Shown in pieces: positions 41,631 to 54,322 of a stretch of DNA of 64,000 bases. A program made the translations under genes and the position numbers. The DNA is taken from the NCBI GenBank assembly GCA_944391055.1, contig CALXSF010000004.1:97374-161373 (forward strand). The letters are read 5' to 3'. The notes beneath the pieces are model-generated. The model had not been told where the DNA came from. It worked only from the letters and a program-made list of their open reading frames with translations, and ran no database searches. Within the stretch, counting starts at the first letter, position 1. Each line of letters begins with the position of its first letter. Source of the DNA: an uncultured Kiritimatiellota bacterium. GTDB lineage: Bacteria; Verrucomicrobiota; Kiritimatiellia; RFP12; DVOR01.

Positions 41631-42873
41631 TCACTTGCCGGCGATCTGGCCGGAGAGGGCGAGCATCCGGGCCTCGACGGACTGGATCTCGGCGAAGCCT
41701 TGGGAGGAGACGGGGTTGACGCCGTCGGAGGCCTCCATGGAGGAATCCGCCTCGTTGTAGATGGAGTGCGGGCAGTCCGTGAGGGAATCGAAGAGGATGT
41801 TGCCCTTGTAGAGGCTGAGGGCGACGGTGCCGTCGGCGTACTGCGCAAGCGTGTCGACGGCGTTGCGGGCGGCGACGGTGGTGGGGTCGTAGTAGCGGCC
41901 GTCGTAGATCTGGTCGGAGATGAGCTTGGAGAGCTGCGTGAAGAAGAGGGTGGCGCGGCGGTCCATCGTGGCCTGGTAGACGTAGCGGATGGCGGAGCCG
42001 AGGAGCTCCATGCCGGGGGCCTCGTAGACGCCGCGGCTCTTGGTGCCGATGATGCGGTTCTCAAGGGCGTGCTTCATGCCGATGCCGTTGCGGCCGCCGA
42101 TCTCGTTGGCGAGCATCATGGCCTCGAGGGGGGTGACGTCCTTGCCGTTGATCTGGACGGGGCGGCCCTTGGCGAAGCGGATGGCGACGCGCTCGGGCTT
42201 GTCGGGGGCCTGCCAGGGCCAGACGCCCATGGTGGGCTCGACGATGGTCATGGAGGTCTCCATGCTCTCGAGGTCCTCGGCCTCGTGGGAGAGGCCGGCC
42301 ATGTTGGCGTCGGTGGAGTATTTCTTCTTGCCGCCGGCGAAGGCGACGATGCCGAACTGCGCGAGGTAGTCGACCATCTGCGTGCGGCCGGGGAACCGCT
42401 TCAGCAGCCCGGCGTCGCGCCAGGGGGAGTAGACCTTCATCTCGGGGGCGAAGACGTTGGTGTAGCGCTCGATGCGCATCTGGTCGTTGCCGCGGCCGGT
42501 GGCGCCGTGGACGAGGACTTGGACGCCGCGCTTCTTCATCTCGGGGATGAGGCCCTTGATGGTGACGGCGCGGCCGATGCCGGTGGAGTTCCAGTAGCCG
42601 CCGTCGTACATCGCCTGGCACTTGACGGCCTCGAGGCAGGCCTCGGCCATCTCGTCGCGCAGGTCGACGATGACGGTCTCGATGCCGGTGGGCGCCATGC
42701 GCTTGGCCACGTCGTTGATGTCCTTCTCGTCGGGCTGGCCGATGCCGCCGGTGAAGCCGATGACCTTCACGCCGTGCTCCATCATCACCTTCGCGATGGT
42801 GCGCGAATCGAGGCCGCCGGAAACGCAGGTGCCCGCGACCATACCTTTGAGATCGTCCAAAACCAATGCCATG
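41631..42873 (-). CDS. argG: argininosuccinate synthase
   Basis: MALVLDD...VSGGLDS (PP-loop) and the ArgG core; 414 aa. Confidence 0.9.
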
Positions 42874-42908
42874 ATGTCACTCCATGTTGGGGTTGAGAAA
42901 CGGGCGTT

Positions 42909-42917
42909 AGTGTAGCA
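42909..42917 (-). promoter_or_regulatory. extended -10-like box TGcTACACT on the minus strand upstream of argG, divergent from the gyrA promoter
   Basis: Direct read; leader of about 35 nt. Confidence 0.35.
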
Positions 42918-42965
42918 CAATCCGTGCGCGCACGCCGCGCGGGCCGTGCGGGGCGGGGAGGATTA

Positions 42966-42974
42966 TGGTATACT
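42966..42974 (+). promoter_or_regulatory. extended -10 box TGgTATACT upstream of gyrA, with a leader of about 22 nt and an AAAGGA RBS
   Basis: Direct read. Confidence 0.45.
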
Positions 42975-42996
42975 GACGGGTCGAAAGGATTGACCA

Positions 42997-45546
<2,550 letters not shown>

Positions 45547-45559
45547 CCGCCGCCCCGGC

Positions 45560-45600
45560 ATGGAAAGGCCCCCGGCCCCAAGCCGGGGGCCTTTCCATGC
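45560..45600. terminator. perfect 18-bp inverted repeat (stem-loop) downstream of gyrA; no T-tract
   Basis: CATGGAAAGGCCCCCGGCcccaaGCCGGGGGCCTTTCCATG. Confidence 0.4.
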
Positions 45601-45621
45601 CGCCGCCAATGGGGACGTTCG

Positions 45622-45630
45622 TGGTATAAT
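45622..45630 (+). promoter_or_regulatory. extended -10 box TGgTATAAT 6 nt upstream of ATG 45637, implying a leaderless mRNA
   Basis: Direct read. Confidence 0.45.
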
Positions 45631-45636
45631 GGCGCC

Positions 45637-46977
45637 ATGGACGATTTGTTCGACAGGGAGGACGAAGGCGAGGATCAGGCGCCCGCCGACCCCGCGAAGC
45701 TGGGGCCGCTGCCGGCGCGCATGCGCCCGCGGAGCCTGGAGGAGATCGTGGGGCAGGAACACCTGCTGGCGCCGGGGCGCCTCCTGCGCCGCGTGATCGA
45801 GAGCGACCGCTTCACCAACCTGATCTTCTATGGGCCGCCGGGGACGGGGAAGACGACGCTGGCGGAGGTCATCGCCCGCACGACCCACCGCCGCTTCGAG
45901 CGCACCAGCGGGGTCACGAGCAACGTGGCGCAGCTGCGCGCCGTCTGCGAGAAGGCGCGCGCCCTGCGCGGGCGGATCGGGACGGTGCTCTTCGTGGACG
46001 AGATTCACCGCTTCAACAAAGCCCAGCAGGACGTCCTCCTCCCCTACGTGGAGGACGGCACGGTGACGCTCATCGGGGCGACGACGCACAACCCCGGCAT
46101 CTTCATCAACACCCCGCTCGTCTCGCGCTCGCTCGTCTTCGAGCTGCGCGCCCTGGACGCGGCGGCGATCGGGGCGGTGCTGCGCCGGGCCTTGGCCGAC
46201 CGCGAGCGCGGCCTGGGCGACAGCGGGGCGACGCTCGACCCGGAGGCGGAGGCCTTCCTGGCCAAGGTCTGCGACGGCGACGCGCGGCGCGCCCTGACGG
46301 CGCTGGAGATCGCGGCGCGCTCGACCCCGCCGGACGCCGAGGGCCGCATCCGCATCACCGCGGAGGTCATGGCCGAATGCGTCCAGCGCCGCGTCATCGC
46401 CTACGACAAGGACGAGGATCAGCACTACGACACCATCTCCGCCTTCATCAAATCCATCCGCGGCTCCGACCCCGACGCGGCGGTCTACTGGCTGGCCAAG
46501 ATGCTCGAGGGTGGCGAGGACCCCCGCTTCATCGCGCGGCGGCTGGTCATCTCCGCCTCGGAGGACATCGGCAACGCCGACCCGCGCGGGCTGACGGTGG
46601 CCGTGGCCGCCATGCAGGCGGTGGAGTTCGTGGGGATGCCCGAGGCGCGGATCGCCCTGGCCCAGGCCACCACCTACCTGGCCTCGGCGCCGAAATCCAA
46701 CGCCGCCTACCTGGCGCTGGACGAGGCGGCGGCGGACGTCCGCTCCGGCCGCGTGCAGCCGGTGCCCGAGCACCTCAAGAACGTCCACGTGAAGGCCGAG
46801 GGCAAGGCGGCCGCCCCCGCCTACAAATATCCCCACGACTACCGCGACACGGCGGTCGACCAAGCCTACCTGACCATCCCGGCCACCTATTACCGGCCCA
46901 AACCCGCGGGCTACGAGGACACCATCGCCAAACGCCTGGCCTGGCTCCGCGCCCGCAAAGCCCAAGCGAGGGAATGA
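45637..46977 (+). CDS. rarA: replication-associated recombination protein A (AAA+ ATPase)
   Basis: GPPGTGKTTLA Walker A, VLFVDEIHRFNK, and the MgsA C-terminal domain. Confidence 0.9.
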   Translation: MDDLFDREDEGEDQAPADPAKLGPLPARMRPRSLEEIVGQEHLLAPGRLLRRVIESDRFTNLIFYGPPGTGKTTLAEVIARTTHRRFERTSGVTSNVAQLRAVCEKARALRGRIGTVLFVDEIHRFNKAQQDVLLPYVEDGTVTLIGATTHNPGIFINTPLVSRSLVFELRALDAAAIGAVLRRALADRERGLGDSGATLDPEAEAFLAKVCDGDARRALTALEIAARSTPPDAEGRIRITAEVMAECVQRRVIAYDKDEDQHYDTISAFIKSIRGSDPDAAVYWLAKMLEGGEDPRFIARRLVISASEDIGNADPRGLTVAVAAMQAVEFVGMPEARIALAQATTYLASAPKSNAAYLALDEAAADVRSGRVQPVPEHLKNVHVKAEGKAAAPAYKYPHDYRDTAVDQAYLTIPATYYRPKPAGYEDTIAKRLAWLRARKAQARE

Positions 46978-46980
46978 CGC

Positions 46981-48516
46981 ATGAAATGGATCGACGTGCC
47001 CGGCATCCGCGAGGCCGAGCGCCTGGCCTTCGCCCAACGCAACCTGCCCAGCTACACGGCCATGTGCCGCGCCGGCGCCGCCGTCGCCCGAATGGCCGAG
47101 GCCGTGGCCGAGCGCGCCGGGCTCCGCCGCGCCATCGTCCTCTGCGGCCCCGGCAACAACGGCGGCGACGGCTGCGTGGCCGCCCGCTGCCTGCATGAGG
47201 ACGGCTTCGACGTGGAGGTGCGCCTCACCTGCGTGCCCTCCCACCTCAGGGGCGACGCCCTGCGCGCCTGGAAGGATCTGGTGGCCGCCGGGCTCCAGAC
47301 CCGTGTCCTCCCCTCCCCCGAGGCCTGGCAGGACACACCTTGGGCCGACCCCGCCGTCGCCCCCCGCCGCGCCCTCATCGTGGACGCGCTCCTGGGCATC
47401 GGCGCCAAGGGGGCGCCCACCGGCGCCGTGGCCGCGGCCATCCTCTGGGCCAACGGCACCGCCCCCTCCTGCCCCGTCCTCTCCGTGGACGTCCCCAGCG
47501 GCCTGGACGCCGACACCGGCGCGACGCCCGGCGCCGCCATCCGCGCCGACGCCACCATCACCTTCTCGCGGCCCAAGCTCGGCTTCGCCAACCCCGCCGC
47601 CCGCCCCTGCCTGGGCCATCTGACCGTGGCGGACATCGGCATCCCCAACGACCTGCTCGAGACCGCCGCCCGCCTCCCGCCCGACGGGGCCGAGCTCATC
47701 GCCGCGCCCGAGATCCGCCACGTCCTCCGCCCCGAGCGCGCGCAGGATTCCCACAAGCGCACCTACGGCCACGCCCTCATCATCGGCGGCTGCCCGCGCT
47801 ACCCGCACGCCCCCGTGCTCGCCGCCCAGGCGGCCTACCGCGCCGGGTGCGGCCTCGTCTCCCTCGCCGTGCCCGAATGCGCCCGCCCCGCCGCCGCCCA
47901 CTGGGCGCCCGAGGCCATCTTCGCCGACGAGACGCCGGGCGACCTCTCGGACTTCGACGCCCTGGCCATCGGCCCCGGCATGGGCCCCCTCACGGGCGGG
48001 CGCCTGGCGCTCCTCCGCCGCCTGGTGAGCGACGCGCAGGCCCCCCGCGCCGTGGTCGACGCCGACGCCCTCACCGCCTTGGCCGCGCTCCGCCAAGAGG
48101 AAGGCTGGGCCCCCGACGGCTCGGCGCTCCGCCTCATCCTCACGCCCCATCCCGGCGAGGCCGCCCGCCTCCTCGGCGTCACCCCCAAGGACGTGCAGGG
48201 CGACCGCCCCGCCGCCGCCCGCGCCCTCGCGGCCAACTACCACGCCATCGCCGTGCTCAAGGGCCACAACACCCTCGTGGCCGAGCCCGGCGGCCGCCTG
48301 CGCGTCTGCATGGGCGGCAATCCCGGCATGGCCACCGCCGGCACCGGCGACCTGCTCACCGGCATCATCGCGGGGCTCCTCGCGCGCGGCCTCGGCACGG
48401 AGGACGCCGCCGTCCTCGGCGTCTACCACCACGCCCTCGCCGGCGACGCCGCCGCCTTCGCCCACGGCGAGGAATCGCTCGTGGCCACCGACCTCTTCGC
48501 CACCCTCCGTCTCTGA
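46981..48516 (+). CDS. nnr: bifunctional NAD(P)H-hydrate repair enzyme (epimerase plus ADP-dependent dehydratase)
   Basis: YjeF-N domain (VLCGPGNNGGDG) followed by a carbohydrate-kinase-like C-terminal domain (GMATAGTGDLL). Confidence 0.85.
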   Translation: MKWIDVPGIREAERLAFAQRNLPSYTAMCRAGAAVARMAEAVAERAGLRRAIVLCGPGNNGGDGCVAARCLHEDGFDVEVRLTCVPSHLRGDALRAWKDLVAAGLQTRVLPSPEAWQDTPWADPAVAPRRALIVDALLGIGAKGAPTGAVAAAILWANGTAPSCPVLSVDVPSGLDADTGATPGAAIRADATITFSRPKLGFANPAARPCLGHLTVADIGIPNDLLETAARLPPDGAELIAAPEIRHVLRPERAQDSHKRTYGHALIIGGCPRYPHAPVLAAQAAYRAGCGLVSLAVPECARPAAAHWAPEAIFADETPGDLSDFDALAIGPGMGPLTGGRLALLRRLVSDAQAPRAVVDADALTALAALRQEEGWAPDGSALRLILTPHPGEAARLLGVTPKDVQGDRPAAARALAANYHAIAVLKGHNTLVAEPGGRLRVCMGGNPGMATAGTGDLLTGIIAGLLARGLGTEDAAVLGVYHHALAGDAAAFAHGEESLVATDLFATLRL

Positions 48517-48534
48517 CGGGGGCGAGGCGCTTTT

Positions 48535-48543
48535 TGCTACAAT
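48535..48543 (+). promoter_or_regulatory. extended -10 box TGcTACAAT 9 nt upstream of ATG 48553
   Basis: Direct read. Confidence 0.4.
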
Positions 48544-48552
48544 GTGTGATTG

Positions 48553-49425
48553 ATGAAAGCCACGGATCTCACTGTCGTATCCCTGCCGCTGCCCTCGTCC
48601 GAGGCGGCGGACACGCTGTTGGAGCTGGTGGACGCGGAGGCCTTCACGCCGACGGTGTGGGAGGACGTGGAGACCGGCGAGACGCGCTTCGAGGTCTTCC
48701 TGGAGGACGCCGCGCGCGCGCCGGCGGTGGCCGAGGCCCTGCGCGGCGCGGCTGCCCTCGCGGGGCTCGGCGCGGCGTCGCCCGAGATCGGGACGTTGCC
48801 GGCGGCGGACTGGGCGGAGGCCTGGAAGCGCTTCTTCCATGTGGAGCGCGTGTCGCCGCGCGTGACGATCCGCCCCTCGTGGGAGCCTTACGAGGCGGCG
48901 CCCGGGGAGGCGGTGGTGACGCTGGATCCCGGGATGAGCTTCGGCACGGGGCGCCACCCGACCACGCGGGCCTGCCTGATTTTCTTGGACGAGCTGGCGC
49001 AGGGCGACCTCTCGCGGCCGGTGCTGGACATGGGCTGCGGAAGCGGCATCCTCTCCATCGCGGCGCGGAAGCTGGGCTTCGCCCATGTGCGCGGCTTCGA
49101 CTACGACCCCGACGCGGTGGCGGTGGCGCGGGAGAACGCGGCCCTGAACGGCGTGCGCATCCCCTTCGAGCCGCGCGACCTGGCGGCGAACCTCGACCAA
49201 GGCGCGGTGGTGCTGGCCAACATCCTGGGCCCGGTGCTCGCCGCGCACGCGGCGGAGGTGGCCTGCGCGGTGCTGCCGGGCGGCGCGTTGGTGGCCTCGG
49301 GCATCTTGGAGTCTTTCTACCCGGAGGTGCGCGCCGCCTTCGAGGCGCAGGGGCTGCGCGAGGCCCGCGCCCTGACGCTCGGCGAATGGCGCACCGGCCT
49401 TTTCACGAAACCCGAACAGCCCTGA
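48553..49425 (+). CDS. prmA: ribosomal protein L11 methyltransferase
   Basis: LDMGCGSGILSIAARKLG SAM motif and the PrmA N-terminal domain. Confidence 0.85.
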   Translation: MKATDLTVVSLPLPSSEAADTLLELVDAEAFTPTVWEDVETGETRFEVFLEDAARAPAVAEALRGAAALAGLGAASPEIGTLPAADWAEAWKRFFHVERVSPRVTIRPSWEPYEAAPGEAVVTLDPGMSFGTGRHPTTRACLIFLDELAQGDLSRPVLDMGCGSGILSIAARKLGFAHVRGFDYDPDAVAVARENAALNGVRIPFEPRDLAANLDQGAVVLANILGPVLAAHAAEVACAVLPGGALVASGILESFYPEVRAAFEAQGLREARALTLGEWRTGLFTKPEQP

Positions 49426-49435
49426 CGGAGCCTGC

Positions 49436-49969
49436 ATGAACCTGCTTCTGGCCATCGCCACGCTTGTCTTTTTCTCCTTCCTGCCGCTCTTGGAGCTGCG
49501 CGCCTCCATCCCCATCGGCTTCTTCGCGCTGGAGGGGATGTATGGGGTGACGATGGGATGGTGGTGGGTGGTGCTCATCTGCGTGGCGGCGAACATCGCG
49601 CAGGGCATCGTGGTCTTCGAGATCCTGCTGCCCATCCTGGCGCTGCTGCGGCGGAAGTGGCCGTGGTTCGCCACCAAGGTCTGGCCGCACGTGGAGAAGC
49701 GTCAGGAGAAGCTCCGGCCCGCCATCGAGAAGTACGGCGAATGGGGGCTGGCCGTCTTCATCGGGATCCCGCTCCCGGGGACGGGCGCGCTGACGGGCGC
49801 GGTGGGCGCCTTCCTGCTGGGCTTCGACCGGAGGCGCTTCTACCTGGCCAACGCGGCGGGCGTGCTCATCGCGGGCGTCTGCGTCACGGCCATCTGCCTG
49901 CTGATCCAGAACGGCGTGGTGGGCGAGGATTCCTGGATCCGTTCGCTGTTCATCAAGGAGCTGCACTGA
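49436..49969 (+). CDS. small membrane protein (putative small multidrug-export-like, COG2426-like)
   Basis: Four predicted transmembrane helices; family assignment is tentative. Confidence 0.5.
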   Translation: MNLLLAIATLVFFSFLPLLELRASIPIGFFALEGMYGVTMGWWWVVLICVAANIAQGIVVFEILLPILALLRRKWPWFATKVWPHVEKRQEKLRPAIEKYGEWGLAVFIGIPLPGTGALTGAVGAFLLGFDRRRFYLANAAGVLIAGVCVTAICLLIQNGVVGEDSWIRSLFIKELH

Positions 49970-50868
49970 TGCGCAAACGTATCGCCGTCGTGATGGGGGG
50001 CACGAGCCATGAGGCCGACATCTCCCTGCTTTCCGGCGCGGCAGTGGCCGAGGCGCTGCGCCAGGCCGGCCGCGAGGTCGTCGAGGCCCGCCTGACGCGC
50101 GACGCCGCGGACGAGGTGCCGCGCGACGTGGACGCCGTCTTCATCGCCCTTCACGGCGGCTACGGGGAGGGCGGCGGCATCCAGGCGGATTTGGACGCGC
50201 TCCGCCTGCCTTACACCGGGCCCGGCGCCAAGACCAGCCGCCTGTGCATGGACAAGCCCGCCACCAAGGCCGTCCTCCGGCGCGCGGGCGTGCCGACGCC
50301 CGAGGGCGCGGTGGTCGGCGCGGAGGCCGCCGCCTTCCGTCCCCCCTTTGACCTGCCGGTTGTGGTGAAGCCGCCGCGCGACGGTTCGAGCGTCGGCCTC
50401 TCGAAGGTGACGGCGCCGGGGCAATGGGCCGACGCCGTGCGCCTGGCGGCGGGGCAAGACGCGCGCGGCGAGGCGTTGGTGGAGCGGTACGTGCCGGGGC
50501 GCGAGCTGGCGGTGGGCGTGGTGATGGGCCGGGCGCTGCCGGTGCTGGAGATCGTCGCGCCGGACGGTTGGTACGACTGGAAGGCGAAGTACGCGGAGGG
50601 CGGCTCGCGCCATCGCTTCCCGGAGGAATCCGCGTGGACGCGCGAGGCGCAGCGGCTGGCCGAGCGAACCTATGAGGCGACCGGCTGCCGGGGCGCGGTG
50701 CGCGTGGACTTCCGCCTCTCGCCGGAGGGGCGGCTCTATGTGTTGGAGGTGAACACGGCGCCCGGCTGCACGGCGCGGAGCCTCCTGCCCGAGGCCGCGG
50801 CGCGCGCGGGCATCCCCTTCCCGGAGCTGTGCGCGCGGTTGGCGGAGGCGGCGACGTATGGCGAATGA
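49969..50868 (+). CDS. ddl: D-alanine--D-alanine ligase
   Basis: ATP-grasp fold; IAVVMGGTSHE...LHGGYGEGG... Confidence 0.9.
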   Translation: MRKRIAVVMGGTSHEADISLLSGAAVAEALRQAGREVVEARLTRDAADEVPRDVDAVFIALHGGYGEGGGIQADLDALRLPYTGPGAKTSRLCMDKPATKAVLRRAGVPTPEGAVVGAEAAAFRPPFDLPVVVKPPRDGSSVGLSKVTAPGQWADAVRLAAGQDARGEALVERYVPGRELAVGVVMGRALPVLEIVAPDGWYDWKAKYAEGGSRHRFPEESAWTREAQRLAERTYEATGCRGAVRVDFRLSPEGRLYVLEVNTAPGCTARSLLPEAAARAGIPFPELCARLAEAATYGE

Positions 50869-51706
50869 CCGGCGCAAGGGCAAGAAACGCCAGCCCGGCG
50901 CCCTCGCGGCGCTGGCCGGGCGCTTGGCGCACGCGGCGGCGGGGCCGGCGTCGCGCCTCCTTTTCCCCGCGCTGGTGGCGGTCGCGGCCCTCGCGCTCTT
51001 CGCTTGGTTCCGCCACGCCTATTACGACAGGAACCCCGCCTTCATGGTGGACCCGGAGGGGATCGTCATCCACGGGAACGCCACGCTGACGCGCGAGCAG
51101 GTGCTGCAAACCTTCGGGCTGGATCATCCCGTCAACGGCTTCGCCTTGGTGCGGAGCGACATCGTGGCGCGCCTGCGCCGGCAAAGCCCGCTGATCAAGA
51201 GCGTGTCCATGACCTTCCAGCCGGGGCGGTCGTTGGCGCTGCGGGTGGACGAGCGGACGCCGCTGGCGCGCCTGGCCAAGACCTCCCTGCCGCTGGTGGT
51301 CGACGAGGAGGGCGTCTGTTTCATCTATCCCCGCCCGCGAGACGCCTATCCCGAGATCGGCGGGTTCGACCTGCCCACGGATCTGATGCCCGGCGACCGC
51401 CTGCCGCCGCAGCTGCACTGCATGCTCCGCCTGATCGCGGCCGCCGCCTCGCCGGACTACCACCTGCCGGGCTCCGTGGAGCGCGTCTTCCTGCTCTCCG
51501 ACGACGCCGACGACGGCCTCGCCGTGACCCTGCGCGACGGGCGGAAAATCGACATCGCCTGGCCCGACATGGCGCGCGAGCGGGGCGCCTCGGACGCGAT
51601 GCTGCGCCGCCTCGCGAACGTGGGGCGGGCGCTGCGCAGCCCCGCGCTGGAGGGCAAACAGCATTTCAACGCGATGGCGCCGAACGCCGTCTCGGTCTCG
51701 GATTGA
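50858..51706 (+). CDS. ftsQ: cell division protein FtsQ/DivIB-like (POTRA)
   Basis: Basic N-terminus, one transmembrane helix and a POTRA-like region; sits between ddl and ftsA. Confidence 0.7.
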   Translation: MANDRRKGKKRQPGALAALAGRLAHAAAGPASRLLFPALVAVAALALFAWFRHAYYDRNPAFMVDPEGIVIHGNATLTREQVLQTFGLDHPVNGFALVRSDIVARLRRQSPLIKSVSMTFQPGRSLALRVDERTPLARLAKTSLPLVVDEEGVCFIYPRPRDAYPEIGGFDLPTDLMPGDRLPPQLHCMLRLIAAAASPDYHLPGSVERVFLLSDDADDGLAVTLRDGRKIDIAWPDMARERGASDAMLRRLANVGRALRSPALEGKQHFNAMAPNAVSVSD

Positions 51707-51714
51707 GGAGCGAC

Positions 51715-52908
51715 ATGGGCATTCTTCTGGGCGCATTGGACATCGGCACGCAGACCACCAGCTTGGTGGCCGGGGAGGTCACGGACGGCAAGCTCGCCAT
51801 CCTGGGCCGCACGGAGACCCCCACCCAAGGCGTCAAGAAAGGGGTCATCCGCGACATCGACAGCGTCACCGCCGGCATCCGCCGCGTCTGCGAGGCCATG
51901 AGCCAAGAGCACCGCGTGGATCTGGTGAACGTCTCCACCGCCTTTTCCTGCGGCGACCTCCGTTCCCTCGTGCGCACCGGCCGCGTCTCGCTCCTCCCCG
52001 GACACGCCATCAACCAGGATGACATCGAGGCCGCCGAGGAGAACGCGCAGTCCGAGAACGCGCCCGACGCGCCCGAGACGCTCCTTCAGCGCTTCCGCCA
52101 AAAATACCTCGTCAACGACCAGCTCGTCGTCTCCCCCACCGGCATGGCCGGCGCCGAGCTCAAGGCCAACGTCCTGGAGCTGATCGCGCCGCGGACCGCC
52201 CTCGGCTCCCTTCAGACCGCCATCCACCAGGCGGGGCTCCGCCTCGTGGACACCGTCTTCTCCGGCCTCGCCGCCGCCGAAGCCGTCCTCGACCGAAAAG
52301 CCCAGGAGGACGGCGCGGTGGTGATCGACTTCGGCGCCGGCACCGTGGACTACCTGGCCGTCTGCAACGGCGTCATCGCCGCCGTGGGCGCCATCGGCGT
52401 GGGCGGCGCGCACCTCACCAACGACCTCGCCCTCGCCTTCCAGGTCACCCAAAAACAGGCGGAGGAGATGAAACTGGCCCGCGGCGCGGCCATGATCCAG
52501 CCCGACCTCGCCAACGCCCGCCACCTCCTCCGCACCACCTTCTCCACCAACGACCGCTCCGTCTCCGTCCACGCCATCCAGACCGTCACCACCGAGCGCG
52601 TCGACGAAACCTTCCGCCTTGTCCGCGACGCGCTGCGCGACGTCCTCCCCCAAGTCCACGGCGGCATCTTCCTCACGGGCGGCACGGCCGCCCTGCCCCT
52701 CATCGCCGAGCAGGCCTCCGCCATCTTCGGCAAGCCCTGCTCCCTAGGCGTGCCCGTCAACGTCGCCAACCTCCCCGACGCGCTGGCGCAGGCCCCCTAC
52801 CGCCACGCCACCGCCGTGGGCATCCTGAACTGGCGCTGCCGCATGCTGACCCAGGAGACCTACCGCCCCACCCTGCTCGCGCGCCTCCGCGCCTTCCTCA
52901 AGGGCTGA
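51715..52908 (+). CDS. ftsA: cell division protein FtsA
   Basis: Actin-like ATPase; LDIGTQTTSLVAGEV...DFGAGTVD... Confidence 0.85.
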   Translation: MGILLGALDIGTQTTSLVAGEVTDGKLAILGRTETPTQGVKKGVIRDIDSVTAGIRRVCEAMSQEHRVDLVNVSTAFSCGDLRSLVRTGRVSLLPGHAINQDDIEAAEENAQSENAPDAPETLLQRFRQKYLVNDQLVVSPTGMAGAELKANVLELIAPRTALGSLQTAIHQAGLRLVDTVFSGLAAAEAVLDRKAQEDGAVVIDFGAGTVDYLAVCNGVIAAVGAIGVGGAHLTNDLALAFQVTQKQAEEMKLARGAAMIQPDLANARHLLRTTFSTNDRSVSVHAIQTVTTERVDETFRLVRDALRDVLPQVHGGIFLTGGTAALPLIAEQASAIFGKPCSLGVPVNVANLPDALAQAPYRHATAVGILNWRCRMLTQETYRPTLLARLRAFLKG

Positions 52909-52914
52909 CCGACC

Positions 52915-54063
52915 ATGGACACCGAAGACCTCCTCCTCCTTTCCGTGGGCGGCGCGGCGGCCGGCGTGGCGCGGCGCGTCGCCGAACGCGCCTCCGCGCC
53001 CCTGCGCGCCCTCATCCTCGACACCGACGACGCCGTCCTCCAAGCCCTCACCCCCGCCGTCGGCGTCGCCACCACCGTCTTCGGCGTCAAGCGGCTGGCC
53101 GGCCGCGGCACGGGCGGCGACCACAACCTCGGCGCCGGCGCGCTGCGCGACGACGCCGCGCAGCTCCTCGCCCAGATCGGCAGCCCACGCCTCACCGTCG
53201 TCCTCACCTGCTGCGGCGGCGGCACCTCCGGCGCGCTCCCCTTCCTGCTCGAGCTGCTCCACGCCCAAGGCGCCGCCACCGTCGTCGTCGCCACCGAGCC
53301 CTTCGCCTTCGAGGGCGAGGACCGCCAACGCTGCGCGCGCGTGCTCGCCCCCGCCATCGAGGCGCGGGCCGACGCCTTGGCGCGCGTCCCGCTCGACCTG
53401 CTTGTCGGCGAGGAGGCCTCAACCCTGCCCGCCGCGGAGGCCTTCGGCCGCGCCGCCGACCGCCTGGCCGCCGCGCTGGGGCTCCTGTGGACGCTCCTGG
53501 CCCACCCCGGCTTCATCGCCTTCGACGCCGAACGCTTCCGCCGCCTCATCGCCCAAGACCGCCGCGCTGCCCTGCCCTTCTGCTTCGCCGACGCCTCCGC
53601 GGCCGGCGAGGGCCGCGCGGAGGCCGTCCTCCGGGAGCTCCTCGCCAGCCCGCGCCTCCGCGTCGACGGCGTCGACCGCCTGGCCAACGCCGCGCAGTTC
53701 GTCGCCGGCGTCCTCGCCGGCCCGGATCTCCGCCTCTGCGAGCTGGGCGTCCTCATGGAGGGCCTCCGCGGCCACTGCAAGGTGTTGCAGGAGGATTTCC
53801 TGGGCACCGCCGACGAGGAAGGGCGCGAGGGCACGCTCGCCGCCGTCGTCCTGGCCTTCGGCGCGCCCGCCCCCGAGAGCCCCGCCGAGCCGGCCGCCGC
53901 GCGCCCCCTCGGCGCCAGGCGCGGCAAGGGCGCCAAGGCCGCCAAGGGCACCCTCCTCGGCGCCACGAAAGACCGTTTCTCCGACGTCGAGCACACCGTC
54001 TACGACGGCCAGGACCTTGATGTCCCCACCTATCAGCGCCGCGGCATCCGCCTGACCCGATGA
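52915..54063 (+). CDS. ftsZ: divergent FtsZ (tubulin-like GTPase)
   Basis: VGGAAAGV (G-box), NLGAGA, CCGGGTSGALP in place of GGGTGTG, a T7-like FIAFDAERF, and a C-terminal peptide DLDVPTYQRRG. Position directly after ftsA. Confidence 0.7.
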   Translation: MDTEDLLLLSVGGAAAGVARRVAERASAPLRALILDTDDAVLQALTPAVGVATTVFGVKRLAGRGTGGDHNLGAGALRDDAAQLLAQIGSPRLTVVLTCCGGGTSGALPFLLELLHAQGAATVVVATEPFAFEGEDRQRCARVLAPAIEARADALARVPLDLLVGEEASTLPAAEAFGRAADRLAAALGLLWTLLAHPGFIAFDAERFRRLIAQDRRAALPFCFADASAAGEGRAEAVLRELLASPRLRVDGVDRLANAAQFVAGVLAGPDLRLCELGVLMEGLRGHCKVLQEDFLGTADEEGREGTLAAVVLAFGAPAPESPAEPAAARPLGARRGKGAKAAKGTLLGATKDRFSDVEHTVYDGQDLDVPTYQRRGIRLTR

Positions 54064-54308
54064 GAACGCTCCTCCCCCTGCTGTCGCTCCTGCTCCTGCT
54101 CGCCGGCTGCCGCCGCGAGGATTGGCGCGAGGCCACCTTCGCGCTCCCCCCCGGCGTCCCCGCCGAGCGCGCCGCCGCGGCCTGCCGCGCGCTCGACGCG
54201 CAGACCCCCCCGTCCATCACCGTCGAAGGGCGGACGCTCCGCATCCGCTACAACTCCATGCGCGTCGCCCCAGGCAACTTCGCCTACACGCTCCGAACCC
54301 TCCGCTGA
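54060..54308 (+). CDS. small hypothetical lipoprotein
   Basis: LLLLAGC lipobox; ATGA overlap with ftsZ. Confidence 0.4.
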   Translation: MRTLLPLLSLLLLLAGCRREDWREATFALPPGVPAERAAAACRALDAQTPPSITVEGRTLRIRYNSMRVAPGNFAYTLRTLR

Positions 54309-54322
54309 CCCAAGGAGCCTCC

